From: an uncultured Pseudomonadales bacterium
GTDB taxonomy: Bacteria; Pseudomonadota; Gammaproteobacteria; Pseudomonadales; JAUIET01
Length of the DNA: 64,000 nucleotides
Direction: 5' to 3'
Assembly (NCBI GenBank): GCA_964352475.1
Contig: CAYGSL010000002.1
Location: 41,384 to 105,383, forward strand
The position numbers were made by a program, and so were the translations under genes. Below are positions 10,152 through 19,800 of the stretch, in pieces (within the stretch, counting starts at the first letter, position 1; every line of letters starts with the position of its first letter). The notes beneath the pieces are model-generated. The model was not told where the DNA came from. It did not search any database and worked only from the letters and a program-made list of their open reading frames with translations.

Positions 10152-10934
10152 CTAGCGCGTGCGTAGCGCCAGTGATGCGCTAAACATTAAGAATGCAGCC
10201 ATCACAATAGCCGGTCCAACGCTCACGTCCACATTATACGAAGCGGCAATACCGGCAAGTGTTGCCACACAACCAATCAAAATTGCAGCAAACGCCATTT
10301 GCCGTGGAGAGCGTGTGATGTTTCGCGCGGTAGTGGCAGGAATAATCAGTAAGGCGGTTACCAGTAAAACACCCACAACCTGTATCGCGGTTGCGATAGT
10401 CGCTGCCATCAGCACTAACAAGATAACGCGATAAACCTGGACATTGATGCCATCTACACCGGCTATCTCCTGATCCACCGCGATAACAACCAGCTTGCGC
10501 CAGCACAACAGCAGAATTGTACAAATCACGGCAGTAACAATTGCCATGCGCTGCACGTCTTGCCAGCCTACCGCGAGTAAATCGCCAAACAGGTACGCCA
10601 ACCAGTCAACGTGCGCGTGACTGACAAAGCCCAGCACAATGACGCCGCCGGCAAGCGCAACATGGGCGAGAATTCCAAGCAGGGTATCCATGGGCAAGGC
10701 GTGGTGCTGATGCAGCCAGGCAAGAGCTAACGCAATTACAATGCCGCAAAGCAATACGCCATAACCCAGCGGCACTTCCATATACAAACTGATGGCCACA
10801 CCTAGCAAGGCGGAATGCGCTAATGTGTCACCAAAGTAGGCCATGCGCTGCCACACCACGAAACACCCCAAAGGGCCAGTTAATACTGCAACCAGCAAAC
10901 CGGCGCATACCGCTCTTAGTAACAGTTCTTCCAT
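10152..10934 (-). CDS. znuB: zinc ABC transporter permease ZnuB
   Basis: 260 aa polytopic ABC-3 permease. Overlaps the znuC stop by 1 nt. Contains FGDTLAHSALLG. Confidence 0.9.
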   Translation of the reverse strand: MEELLLRAVCAGLLVAVLTGPLGCFVVWQRMAYFGDTLAHSALLGVAISLYMEVPLGYGVLLCGIVIALALAWLHQHHALPMDTLLGILAHVALAGGVIVLGFVSHAHVDWLAYLFGDLLAVGWQDVQRMAIVTAVICTILLLCWRKLVVIAVDQEIAGVDGINVQVYRVILLVLMAATIATAIQVVGVLLVTALLIIPATTARNITRSPRQMAFAAILIGCVATLAGIAASYNVDVSVGPAIVMAAFLMFSASLALRTR

Positions 10935-11680
10935 TAGCCGTCTTGTTCCGTGACAACCGCGCCGTGCAGGTCATGTTCGTGATCGTGATGATGGTGGTAT
11001 ACCGCCAGAGTGTCGGCGTATCGATTGCCAAACAGCTCAAGGAATGCTGGATCTGAACTAACATGATCAGGGTTCCCCTGACAGCACACATGTCGATTAA
11101 GACAAATGACGGTATCAGTATGGGCCATCACTATATTCAAATCATGCGACACCATCAGCACGCCGCAGCCATGATCGTCGCGTACTTTGGCAATCAGTTT
11201 GTACAAGTCAGCCTGGCCGGCAAGGTCAACGCCTTGCACTGGTTCGTCAAGAACCAGCAGGTCGGGGTTTCTGAGTAACGCTCTTGAGAACAGTACACGT
11301 TGCAGCTCGCCGCCAGAAACCCGATTTAACTGTGCACCAGCCAGCTCGCTAACGCCGGACTCTCCTAATGCCTCGAGTGCTTGCTCTTTTTTGCTGCCAT
11401 CAAGCATCAGAAAATCAATCACCCGTAAGGGCATGTGCTCGTTGATTCGAACCCGCTGTGGCATGTAGCCGATACGCAGGGCAACGCGGCGCTGTAATGA
11501 GCCGCTGCTCAGCGCCTGCAGACCAAGTAATGTGCGCACCAGGGTAGTTTTGCCGGCGCCGTTAGGGCCGATAAGCGTGACTATTTCCCGGTCGGCAATA
11601 CTCATGGTAATGCCTTGTAAAATTTCCCGGCGGGCAATCTTCACGCTGGCGTCGGTTAAAGTTAACAGTGGCTCATTCAT
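10934..11680 (-). CDS. znuC: zinc ABC transporter ATP-binding protein ZnuC
   Basis: Walker A GPNGAGKTT, signature VSGGELQRV, Walker B LLVLDEP, His-rich tail VYHHHHDHEHDLHG. Confidence 0.92.
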   Translation of the reverse strand: MNEPLLTLTDASVKIARREILQGITMSIADREIVTLIGPNGAGKTTLVRTLLGLQALSSGSLQRRVALRIGYMPQRVRINEHMPLRVIDFLMLDGSKKEQALEALGESGVSELAGAQLNRVSGGELQRVLFSRALLRNPDLLVLDEPVQGVDLAGQADLYKLIAKVRDDHGCGVLMVSHDLNIVMAHTDTVICLNRHVCCQGNPDHVSSDPAFLELFGNRYADTLAVYHHHHDHEHDLHGAVVTEQDG

Positions 11681-11712
11681 AACGCTATGATACCATCTGC
11701 GCGCCCCCAGCC

Positions 11713-12609
11713 GTGGAGTTAAGACTCATCGCCAGAACCCTTTTTATCATCCTCGCGATTTGCATTTCCGGCAATACACTTGCACAAACCGAGCAATCCT
11801 CATCAGCGATTGTTGTTTCCCTGCGTCCGGTGCAATTGATAACACAAGAAATTGTCGGTGATCAGCTGGCACAGCATATGTTGCCGCTAAGCAGCGAGCA
11901 GGCGCACAGCTATTCGATAAAGTTTTCGCAATTACAGGCGCTACAGTCTTCTCGTTTACTGATCTGGCTGGGCCCGGAATTTGAGCACTACCTGGAAAAA
12001 CCGTTGGCGGCGATGAGCCCGGCGGTACGCGACTTTTCACTGTTGCAACGTGGCGGGCAACTTCACAGGCAGACAAGCAGTGGCGATCAGACGCATGTGT
12101 GGCTTGATCCTTTGTATGTGCGAAGTCTAATTCCGGTTCTCAGCGAAACCCTGGCCAATGAATTTCCAGAGCACGGGGATGCGTTTGTCCAGGCCGGCCA
12201 GGCATTCATAGAAGCCTTGCACGATCTTCACCAGCGCACAGCGGAATTACTGAAGCCGTACAAGGGTCTTGGGGTGATCAGTGACCATGGGGGACTGGAA
12301 GTATTCCTGCATCGCTACGGCTTGCGTCATACAGGCAGCTTGCAGACCGCTAATCATGGCTCGCTTAGTTTGCAACGCGCACGCAGCTTGCGCGAGGAAA
12401 TACAGCTGGGGAATGCCGCTTGCGTGGCTGTGTCACAGCAACAAGAGCACGATTCGCACTCTGGACTTGCATCGCTGAGATTATTCGACGGCCAGGAGAT
12501 TAGCGTCGCCGAACTGGATTGGTTCGGCGATAAGGCAAGCAGTTATGAAATGCTGATTTCAACACTCGCAGATACGCTGGCAAATTGCCTTGCCAGCGCC
12601 GTACAGTAA
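11713..12609 (+). CDS. znuA: zinc ABC transporter substrate-binding protein ZnuA-like
   Basis: 298 aa, GTG start, signal peptide, cluster-9 SBP motifs (THVWLDP, ISDHGGLEVFLHRYGL). Divergent from znuCB. No His-rich loop seen. Confidence 0.8.
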   Translation: MELRLIARTLFIILAICISGNTLAQTEQSSSAIVVSLRPVQLITQEIVGDQLAQHMLPLSSEQAHSYSIKFSQLQALQSSRLLIWLGPEFEHYLEKPLAAMSPAVRDFSLLQRGGQLHRQTSSGDQTHVWLDPLYVRSLIPVLSETLANEFPEHGDAFVQAGQAFIEALHDLHQRTAELLKPYKGLGVISDHGGLEVFLHRYGLRHTGSLQTANHGSLSLQRARSLREEIQLGNAACVAVSQQQEHDSHSGLASLRLFDGQEISVAELDWFGDKASSYEMLISTLADTLANCLASAVQ

Positions 12610-12615
12610 CAGCAC

Positions 12616-12873
12616 TTATTCTGCAGCTGCTATGGTCTTGTCTACTTTGGCTTCCATGTCGCGATTCATGTCGCGCTCAAGCTCTTCATTGAGACGGTCC
12701 ATGGCGTCGTCAAGACGCATTTGAGCCGCCATCTCTGCTTGTTTATCCAGAGCGATTGGCACCAATGTATTGCTCGCCAACATCTGCGCTTGCGCGATTT
12801 GCTGATCTTCGGTGGCAAAACCAGCTGAGCTGATTAATCCTGATGCCAGAGCTGCGATGAGCTGCTTCTTCAT
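12616..12873 (-). CDS. small secreted helical hypothetical protein
   Basis: ORF 12616..12978. An internal ATG gives MKKQLIAALASGLISSAGFA, a signal peptide, followed by a charged helical region. No family recognised. Confidence 0.5.
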   Translation of the reverse strand: MKKQLIAALASGLISSAGFATEDQQIAQAQMLASNTLVPIALDKQAEMAAQMRLDDAMDRLNEELERDMNRDMEAKVDKTIAAAE

Positions 12874-13124
12874 GTCCTTACCCCATGCGATTAAGCTGTA
12901 TGTTCTGCTATGGTCGTTCAAAATATGACCACTTCCAGTTAAACCTAGCATAAGGATGCGCGAGCACAGGCTGATCAATAATTCAACGGTGTTTTTTTAG
13001 ACAGGCGTCACGTTTTGTTCGATTTTTACCCGTTTAATGCCGTGTATTCCGATGAAAGGCGATCGCCTCTCGGCAATTTGGGCATCTAGCAGTAGACTGT
13101 GCGGCTAATTAACGGTGAGAAGAT

Positions 13125-15863
13125 ATGGCGCAAAAAATGAACAAAGAACAGGTTTTGCCACTGGTATTGGTGGACGGTTCTTCTTATCTGTACCGGGCGT
13201 TTCATGCGCTGCCACCCTTGGTCAGCTCCAAGGGGCAGCCGACCGGGGCCGTAAAAGGCGTGATCAGTATGCTCAAGCGGCTACAGCTGGATTACCCTGG
13301 CTCCAGTGTAGTCGTGGTATTTGACGCCAAAGGCAAAACCTTCCGTGACGATATCTATTCCGAATACAAAGCCAATCGCCCGTCCATGCCGGATGATCTA
13401 CGAGCCCAGATTGAGCCGCTGCACGAGCTGGTTCAGTGCCTGGGTATGCCTCTGCTGTGCGTGCCAGGCGTTGAGGCAGACGACGTGATCGGCACACTTG
13501 CTCATGAAGCTTCGGAGGCTGGTAAAAAAGTTATCGTGTCCACCGGCGACAAAGACCTTGCGCAGCTGGTCAACGAGAACATTACGCTGGTAAATACCAT
13601 GACCGATACGGTGTTGGACATTGCCGGTGTGGAAAAGAAATTTGGCCTGCCGCCTGAACTGATAATCGACTTTCTGGCCTTGATGGGCGACAAGGTAGAC
13701 AACATTCCCGGTGTTGCCGGAGTGGGTGAAAAAACCGCACTCGCCCTGCTGCAAGACATTGGCAGCCTGGACACCATTTACGCCAACCTGGATAGGGTGG
13801 CCGAGCTGTCCGTGAGGGGTGCTAAGACGCTGGGCGATAAATTAGCCGCCAATGAAGCAGATGCTCGCCTGTCGCAGCGACTGGCAACCATTGATCTGGC
13901 CGTGAAACTCGATCTCGGCGATGATGCGCTGGATATGAGCTCACCCGATAGTGAACGCTTACTGTCACTGTACAAAGAGCTGGAATTCAAGACCTGGGCC
14001 GAGGAAGTCATTAGTGGAGAAGACGGCGCACCCGCCGTGAGTGGCGGTCAAATGCAAACCGAGGTCGATCTAGTTGACACCGAACAATCACTGAAGGCCT
14101 GGATAGAAAAACTGAAAAGTGCAGAGTATTTTGCGTTCGATACTGAAACCACAGCGCTGGATTATATGCAGGCAGAACTGGTCGGTGTGTCGTTTGCAGT
14201 AGAGCCTGGTGCGGCCGCTTATGTACCTGTGGCGCACGACTACGACGGTGCTCCTGAACAGCTTTCCAGAGAGCTGGTACTGAGCTTGTTAAAGCCTGTA
14301 TTGGAAGATGCCAGCTACGCAAAAATTGGCCAGCATATGAAATACGATATGAATGTACTGGCGCGCTACGACCTTGCAATTAATGGCCTGTTTGCAGACA
14401 CCATGCTGGAGTCTTACGTGCTCAACAGCGTTTCCAATCGCCACGACATGGACACGCTGGCGATGAAATATCTGGGCCACAAAACCGTCCATTTTGAAGA
14501 CATTGCTGGCAAAGGCGCCAAGCAGATCACCTTCAACAAGGTACCGCTTGAGCAGGCAGCTCCGTATGCTGCTGAAGACGCTGACATCACTTTGCGACTG
14601 CATCAAACGCTGCAGCCGCAGTTGGACGCCGAGCCTACCCTGGCCAGTGTGTTCAATGACATAGAAATTCCCCTGGTGCCGGTGCTGTCAAAAATTGAAC
14701 GTAATGGCACGCTGGTTGATGCCTCACTGCTTGCTACTCAAAGCGAACAACTGGGTGAGCGCCTCGCTGAGCTGGAGCAACAGGCTTACGACATGGCCGG
14801 CGAAGAGTTTAATCTGGGCTCGCCTAAACAACTGCAAACCATATTTTTTGAAAAGCTGCAGTTACCAGTGATCAAAAAAACTCCAAAAGGTCAGCCCTCC
14901 ACGGCCGAGCCCGTGTTGCAGGAGCTGGCGCTGGACTATCCTCTGCCCGCCTTGATTATGGAATACCGGGGCTTGAGCAAACTGAAATCAACCTATACCG
15001 ATAAATTGCCGCTGCAGATTGATAGCAATACCGGCCGTATTCACACCTCTTACCATCAGGCAGTCACAGCGACCGGACGATTATCATCTACTGACCCGAA
15101 TCTGCAGAACATCCCCATCCGTACCGCCGAAGGGCGTCGAATACGCCAGGCGTTCATAGCACCCAAAGGCATGTCGATTGTTGCGGCTGATTATTCTCAA
15201 ATTGAATTGCGCATCATGGCGCACTTGTCACAAGACCCGGGCTTGCTGGAGGCCTTTGGTGGTGGTCATGATGTGCACCGGGCAACCGCAGCAGAAGTGT
15301 TTGGCGTTGAGCTTGATGAGGTCAGTGACGACCAGCGCCGCAGCGCCAAGGCGATTAACTTCGGCTTGATTTATGGAATGTCAGCGTTCGGTTTGGGCCG
15401 GCAACTGAATGTGGGCAGGCGTGAGGCACAGGAATACATAGACCAGTATTTCGCGCGCTACCCCGGTGTTGCCACTTACATGGACGACATTCGCAGCAGC
15501 GCCAAAGAGCGGGGCTTTGTAGAAACCTGTTTCGGTCGCCGCTTGTATCTACCGGAAATTAATGCTGCCAATGGCATGCGCCGCCAAGCAGCAGAGCGAA
15601 CGGCCATCAATGCGCCCATGCAAGGCAGCGCCGCTGACATTATCAAACGTGCAATGATTCAGGTTGACGCTATGTTAACGGAAGAGAACAGCGCTGCTCG
15701 CATGATTATGCAGGTTCACGATGAATTGGTATTTGAAGTACCGACTAACGAAGTAAGTGAGTTTTCTACGCGCATCGTCAACATAATGCAAAATTCGGCG
15801 GAGTTAAGTGTGCCACTGTTGGTGGAAGCTGGCTCGGGTAAAAACTGGGACGAGGCGCACTGA
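13125..15863 (+). CDS. polA: DNA polymerase I
   Basis: 912 aa. 5'-nuclease N-terminus (LVDGSSYLYRAFHA), 3'-5' exonuclease (FDTETT), polymerase motifs (DYSQIELRIMAH, RRSAKAINFGLIYG, QVHDELVFE). Confidence 0.98.
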   Translation: MAQKMNKEQVLPLVLVDGSSYLYRAFHALPPLVSSKGQPTGAVKGVISMLKRLQLDYPGSSVVVVFDAKGKTFRDDIYSEYKANRPSMPDDLRAQIEPLHELVQCLGMPLLCVPGVEADDVIGTLAHEASEAGKKVIVSTGDKDLAQLVNENITLVNTMTDTVLDIAGVEKKFGLPPELIIDFLALMGDKVDNIPGVAGVGEKTALALLQDIGSLDTIYANLDRVAELSVRGAKTLGDKLAANEADARLSQRLATIDLAVKLDLGDDALDMSSPDSERLLSLYKELEFKTWAEEVISGEDGAPAVSGGQMQTEVDLVDTEQSLKAWIEKLKSAEYFAFDTETTALDYMQAELVGVSFAVEPGAAAYVPVAHDYDGAPEQLSRELVLSLLKPVLEDASYAKIGQHMKYDMNVLARYDLAINGLFADTMLESYVLNSVSNRHDMDTLAMKYLGHKTVHFEDIAGKGAKQITFNKVPLEQAAPYAAEDADITLRLHQTLQPQLDAEPTLASVFNDIEIPLVPVLSKIERNGTLVDASLLATQSEQLGERLAELEQQAYDMAGEEFNLGSPKQLQTIFFEKLQLPVIKKTPKGQPSTAEPVLQELALDYPLPALIMEYRGLSKLKSTYTDKLPLQIDSNTGRIHTSYHQAVTATGRLSSTDPNLQNIPIRTAEGRRIRQAFIAPKGMSIVAADYSQIELRIMAHLSQDPGLLEAFGGGHDVHRATAAEVFGVELDEVSDDQRRSAKAINFGLIYGMSAFGLGRQLNVGRREAQEYIDQYFARYPGVATYMDDIRSSAKERGFVETCFGRRLYLPEINAANGMRRQAAERTAINAPMQGSAADIIKRAMIQVDAMLTEENSAARMIMQVHDELVFEVPTNEVSEFSTRIVNIMQNSAELSVPLLVEAGSGKNWDEAH

Positions 15864-15906
15864 TTGTAAAATCTTTGCACTGCGCAAGCAGGATGCTGGA
15901 TTGCAG

Positions 15907-15934
15907 GGAACTCTATTAGCCAAGGCCTGTCATA
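15907..15934 (+). promoter_or_regulatory. candidate extracytoplasmic-stress sigma (RpoE/AlgU-type) promoter
   Basis: GGAACTC (15907-15913), 16-nt spacer, TCATA (15930-15934). This compares with the known consensus GGAACTT-N16-TCAAA (E. coli sigmaE) and GAACTT-N16/17-TCTGA (AlgU). Confidence 0.4.
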
Positions 15935-15940
15935 GTTAGT

Positions 15941-16027
15941 GTTGGCGCCACGCGCCAATATAGTGCTAGCCCCATAAGCACTACTTTTCCCCGGCTCCGG
16001 TGCCCCCACCGGGCCGGGGCTTGTTCA
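15941..16027 (+). ncRNA. candidate small RNA in the polA-engB spacer (Spot 42 / ErsA-like position)
   Basis: Downstream of the candidate promoter there are three hairpins. First: ttggcgc-cac-gcgccaa (15942-15958). Second: tagtgct-agccccata-agcacta (15961-15983). Third: a 13-bp GC-rich stem with one bulge (15989-16019), followed by cttgttcaatt. There is no ORF. The same spacer hosts spf in enterics and ErsA in Pseudomonas. Confidence 0.4.
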
Positions 16028-16627
16028 ATTGGCTGAATTTAACCAGCCAGCGATAACTTCCTTGGCTTCAAGCAACCCACTCTTCTTCAGAGAGGAGAAC
16101 AGTTGTACTGTGGCGCAGGGGTGATCATCTAACGCTTTGCGAACCTTCAACAAAGTGCTGTTTGCCGGCCCGCGTTTTAATTTATCGGATTTGGTCAGCA
16201 GTACGTGAATGGCCAGTCCACTTTGGCTGCTCCAGTCCAGCAAGGCCCTATCGAACTCTTGCAGAGGGTGGCGAATATCGGATAACAAGATCAATCCGCA
16301 TAAAGACTGGCGTTCCCGCAGGTAACGGTCAAGATGTCGCTGCCACTCATCACGCTTGCTCTTGGAGACTTTGGCATAGCCGTAGCCAGGCAAATCAACC
16401 AGGCGCTGGTTTTCGCCTACCGAGAAGAAGTTCAGTAGCTGGGTACGGCCGGGTGTTTTGCTGGTGCGCGCCAGCTTCTTCTGCGCCGTTATAGTATTGA
16501 TGGCACTGGACTTTCCGGCGTTGGATCGGCCGGCAAAGGCCACCTCGGTGCCAGTATCGGGCGGACACTGGGCAAGTTTTTGCGCGCTGAGTAAAAATTC
16601 AGCCTGCTGAAAGGCAATATTGGACAA
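16025..16627 (-). CDS. engB: ribosome biogenesis GTP-binding protein EngB/YihA
   Basis: 200 aa. G1 [10 protein letters not shown]3 DLPGYG, G4 TKSDK. Confidence 0.93.
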   Translation of the reverse strand: MSNIAFQQAEFLLSAQKLAQCPPDTGTEVAFAGRSNAGKSSAINTITAQKKLARTSKTPGRTQLLNFFSVGENQRLVDLPGYGYAKVSKSKRDEWQRHLDRYLRERQSLCGLILLSDIRHPLQEFDRALLDWSSQSGLAIHVLLTKSDKLKRGPANSTLLKVRKALDDHPCATVQLFSSLKKSGLLEAKEVIAGWLNSAN

Positions 16628-16812
16628 GGGTCGTTCTCACTTTACTGCTACTATTTAGCAGTTATCTACCGAATGCATTATTGCAGAGAATACAGTGACT
16701 TTTGCCACTGGATGGCCACCAGCACCCTGTTCGGCTATAATTCCGCGGCTTTTTTAGGGTGGTTCCAAACGTTGGCGGGGCCTGCAGACCTGATCTACGG
16801 ACATATTATCGA

Positions 16813-17454
16813 ATGAACATTGTACAAGCACTCTCTTCAACAGTTAAGCGCAACAGAATAGCCTCAGCATTACTTGCCACATTGCTAAGCAGCATTAGCC
16901 TATCGGCATTCGCTGGCGACGCTGAGGCCGGCAAAGCCCTGGCAGCCCCTTGCGCGGCTTGTCATGGCCCGGATGGCAATAGTCTTGCACCCAATTGGCC
17001 AAAATTGGCTGGAATGGGCGAGCGCTACGCGCTCAAACAGTTAAATGATATTAAAAGTGGTGCCCGCAGTATTCCCGAGATGGCTGGCCAGCTGGATAAT
17101 ATGAGCGGTGAAGACCTTGAAAACCTGGCCGCCTATTACGCTTCTCAAACCATGAGCGGTGGTGTGGCGAAAGCGGAGTTGGTCGCTGAAGGGGAATCAA
17201 TTTATCGCGGCGGTGTCAGAGAGTCAGGAATTAGCGCTTGCACTGCATGCCATTCGCCTACGGGTAAAGGGAATACTTTGGCGGGTTTTCCACGACTTAG
17301 CGGACAACATGCAACGTATATAGAAGCGCAATTACTTAAGTTTCAATCCACGGAACGCAATAATGACGCCGAAGCAGTAATGCGCGATATCGCCAAACGC
17401 ATGACTGCTGCCGAAATCAAAGCAGTCTCCAGCTATGCATCTGGCCTGCGTTAA
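16813..17454 (+). CDS. di-heme cytochrome c4
   Basis: ORF 16759..17454. Start taken at MNIVQAL. Signal peptide; two heme motifs, CAACHG and CTACHS. Confidence 0.9.
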   Translation: MNIVQALSSTVKRNRIASALLATLLSSISLSAFAGDAEAGKALAAPCAACHGPDGNSLAPNWPKLAGMGERYALKQLNDIKSGARSIPEMAGQLDNMSGEDLENLAAYYASQTMSGGVAKAELVAEGESIYRGGVRESGISACTACHSPTGKGNTLAGFPRLSGQHATYIEAQLLKFQSTERNNDAEAVMRDIAKRMTAAEIKAVSSYASGLR

Positions 17455-17466
17455 CAGGAAACAGCC

Positions 17467-18123
17467 ATGAGTTTACAGATCATTCCACGTATAGCAGCTC
17501 TGGCGCTGCTGTTTTTCCCGCTGTTGGCCTGTGCCGAGGCGGTTACAGAAGACAAGTACAAGCAAGGTCAGCATTACAGCGTATTGACCTCGCCAGTGAA
17601 AACACGCAATTCCAAGAAAGTCGAAGTTGTTGAGGTGTTCTGGTATGGCTGTTCACATTGTTACAGCTTCGAACCCGTTATCCAGCGTTGGCATGAAAAG
17701 CAAGCCGCTGACGTGGACTTTTGGCAGTCGCCTGCGATCTGGCGTGACCATATGGTGGTTCATGCCCGGGCGTTCTATGCCGCACAGCAGCTAAAAAAGA
17801 AATATCCGGGTCTGCATCAAGCCATTTTTGATGCCATGAACGTGAACCGGAACCCGCTTGACAACGAAGCAGCGGTTGCTGCCTTGTTTGCCAAGAATGG
17901 TGTCAGTTCAGAAGAGTTTGGCAAAGCCTACAACTCATTCGCCGCGACCAGTGGCGTGCGTTTGGCTGATGCCAGAACACGAAACTACAAGGTAAGCGGA
18001 ACGCCGGAGCTGATCGTAAACGGCAAGTATCGGGTGTCAGCAAGAATGGCTGGCAGCCAGCAGGATATGCTGGATGTTGTTGACTTTCTAATCAGTAAAG
18101 AACGCGCAGCCGCCGCTCAATAA
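17467..18123 (+). CDS. dsbA: thiol:disulfide interchange protein DsbA
   Basis: 218 aa, signal peptide, active site WYGCSHCY. Confidence 0.9.
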   Translation: MSLQIIPRIAALALLFFPLLACAEAVTEDKYKQGQHYSVLTSPVKTRNSKKVEVVEVFWYGCSHCYSFEPVIQRWHEKQAADVDFWQSPAIWRDHMVVHARAFYAAQQLKKKYPGLHQAIFDAMNVNRNPLDNEAAVAALFAKNGVSSEEFGKAYNSFAATSGVRLADARTRNYKVSGTPELIVNGKYRVSARMAGSQQDMLDVVDFLISKERAAAAQ

Positions 18124-18207
18124 TACACCTTTATTTTCTGACTCTCGCGGGGCACCAAGCGCCGCGATTCCTTCTATACTGAATGTTCCTATTGCCTGAC
18201 ATGGATT

Positions 18208-19644
18208 GTGATGGCCACCGAACAGCCAGAGGAACAGCGCTGGAAAGCCAAATACCGCACCTTGCTTGATGAACAAGCGGCGAACGACGAGCATGCCGAT
18301 CATCTGCGCCAAGCCGTTATTCGTCTCAGCCACATTGTTGATGGCAGCAGCGAAGAGCTGGATGATTTGCTCCACGAGCTACGACATAAAGTGCGTTTTG
18401 GCGGCTCTACCGAAGAGTTGCAGGAACTGATAGCCCAGATTGATTCTGCTTGCGCAGACTTGCCTCTGGGCCGGCAAGCGCCTGTCTGCGACAGCGCGAC
18501 TCAACCAGAACAGACAGCAAGCGAGCCCGTGAACGAACTGGCGAAGGAGTTGGCTGCGCCGAAAACTCAAGAGCGCCCCAAGGCAGCCGAGCCTGCATTT
18601 ACCTCTATTAGCGAACGAGTCGAAGGCGTGCTGATCGATATGGTATCGAATCTGAAAGTGCCTGAGTCGGTTGCCGAAAGCAAACAGCGAATAGAGAAAA
18701 CACTGCAGCACGGACTGAACTGGTACGAGCTGATAGCCACTCTGGAAGAGCTCAGCCTGATCATTGCCGGTACCTTGTACGAAGGGGAAAAAGACTACGC
18801 CGGTTTTTTACAGCAAACCATTGGTGAATTAGCGTCACTGCAGGAATTGGTAATGGCCTGCCAGCAAGCTGAGCATAGGCACAGTGTGCAGGGCAAGGCT
18901 CTTGAACAAAGTATCACGGGTGTCTTGAAGGACCTCGGCGAGTCTCTGCACGATACTGATATAGAAAAAATGAAATTTGCCGTGCAGCAAGGGCTTAATG
19001 AGATTGCAGGCAATATGCAGGAATTCAATAGCGCTCAGGAAAGCAGCGCGCTTGAGTTGCAAGAAAACGTGCATGCTTTAACCACACAGGTATTGCAGTT
19101 GCAGCAAGAAGTGGCACAGGCGCAGAAGCAGATTGAGCAGCATAAGCGCCAGGCAACCACTGACCCGCTAACGAAACTGCCTAATCGCACGGCTTATGAT
19201 AATCGTTTGAAGCTGGAGTATCAGCGTTGGATACGCTATCAGCGACCGCTAACGATAGCCGTTGCTGATATCGATTTCTTCAAAAAGATTAACGACGGTT
19301 TTGGCCATCTGGCAGGCGATGCTGTCTTGGTTGACGTAGCCACGCATATTAAAGATTCGCTTCGTAAAACCGATTTTGCTGCGCGCTATGGTGGCGAGGA
19401 GTTCGTATTGCTTTTACCGGAAACCAATGAAGAGCAAGCCCTGATAGCGTTGGAGAAGCTCAGACAATCGATTGAGCAACACGAATATAACTACGAGGAT
19501 CTGGGCATTGAAGTAACCATGTCTTTTGGTCTTTCCGCGTACCGTGAAGACGACAACATCAATATGGTATTTGCGCGCGCCGACCAGGCCTTGTATGCCG
19601 CTAAACAGCAAGGCAGGAATCGCTGCGTCATAGCAAACCAATAA
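18208..19644 (+). CDS. diguanylate cyclase (GGDEF) with long N-terminal coiled-coil region
   Basis: 478 aa. C-terminal GGDEF domain (DPLTKLPNR, DIDFFKKINDGFGH, RYGGEEFVLLL). No TM segment. Alternative start ATG 18211. Confidence 0.9.
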   Translation: MMATEQPEEQRWKAKYRTLLDEQAANDEHADHLRQAVIRLSHIVDGSSEELDDLLHELRHKVRFGGSTEELQELIAQIDSACADLPLGRQAPVCDSATQPEQTASEPVNELAKELAAPKTQERPKAAEPAFTSISERVEGVLIDMVSNLKVPESVAESKQRIEKTLQHGLNWYELIATLEELSLIIAGTLYEGEKDYAGFLQQTIGELASLQELVMACQQAEHRHSVQGKALEQSITGVLKDLGESLHDTDIEKMKFAVQQGLNEIAGNMQEFNSAQESSALELQENVHALTTQVLQLQQEVAQAQKQIEQHKRQATTDPLTKLPNRTAYDNRLKLEYQRWIRYQRPLTIAVADIDFFKKINDGFGHLAGDAVLVDVATHIKDSLRKTDFAARYGGEEFVLLLPETNEEQALIALEKLRQSIEQHEYNYEDLGIEVTMSFGLSAYREDDNINMVFARADQALYAAKQQGRNRCVIANQ

Positions 19645-19703
19645 CTGGCATTACCAAGCTTGCGGCTCAGTCGTCAACAGCCCGCAATATGAATTAATGC
19701 CAG
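19645..19703 (+). terminator. nested hairpin right after the GGDEF gene stop (no U-tract)
   Basis: ctggcatta (19645-19653) pairs with taatgccag (19695-19703). An inner ttgcgg/ccgcaa stem is present. Followed by ttgaaact, so it is not a canonical intrinsic terminator. Confidence 0.3.
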
Positions 19704-19800
19704 TTGAAACTCGGTCAGGCTGAACTATAGTTTTCAAAAGGACAAAAAATGCTCAGTTGATCAGCCTTGCCGCTGCCAACTGCTTACCGCGGAGCACGCC

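Noticed and set aside
16759-16812. N-terminal extensions given by the longest-ORF rule here (16759) and at 22835, 33835, 12978, 50580, 54982, 41558 and 21066.
   Set aside because: Internal starts give proper signal peptides or lipoboxes, or N-termini like those of homologues as remembered. The extensions overlap promoters or neighbouring genes.
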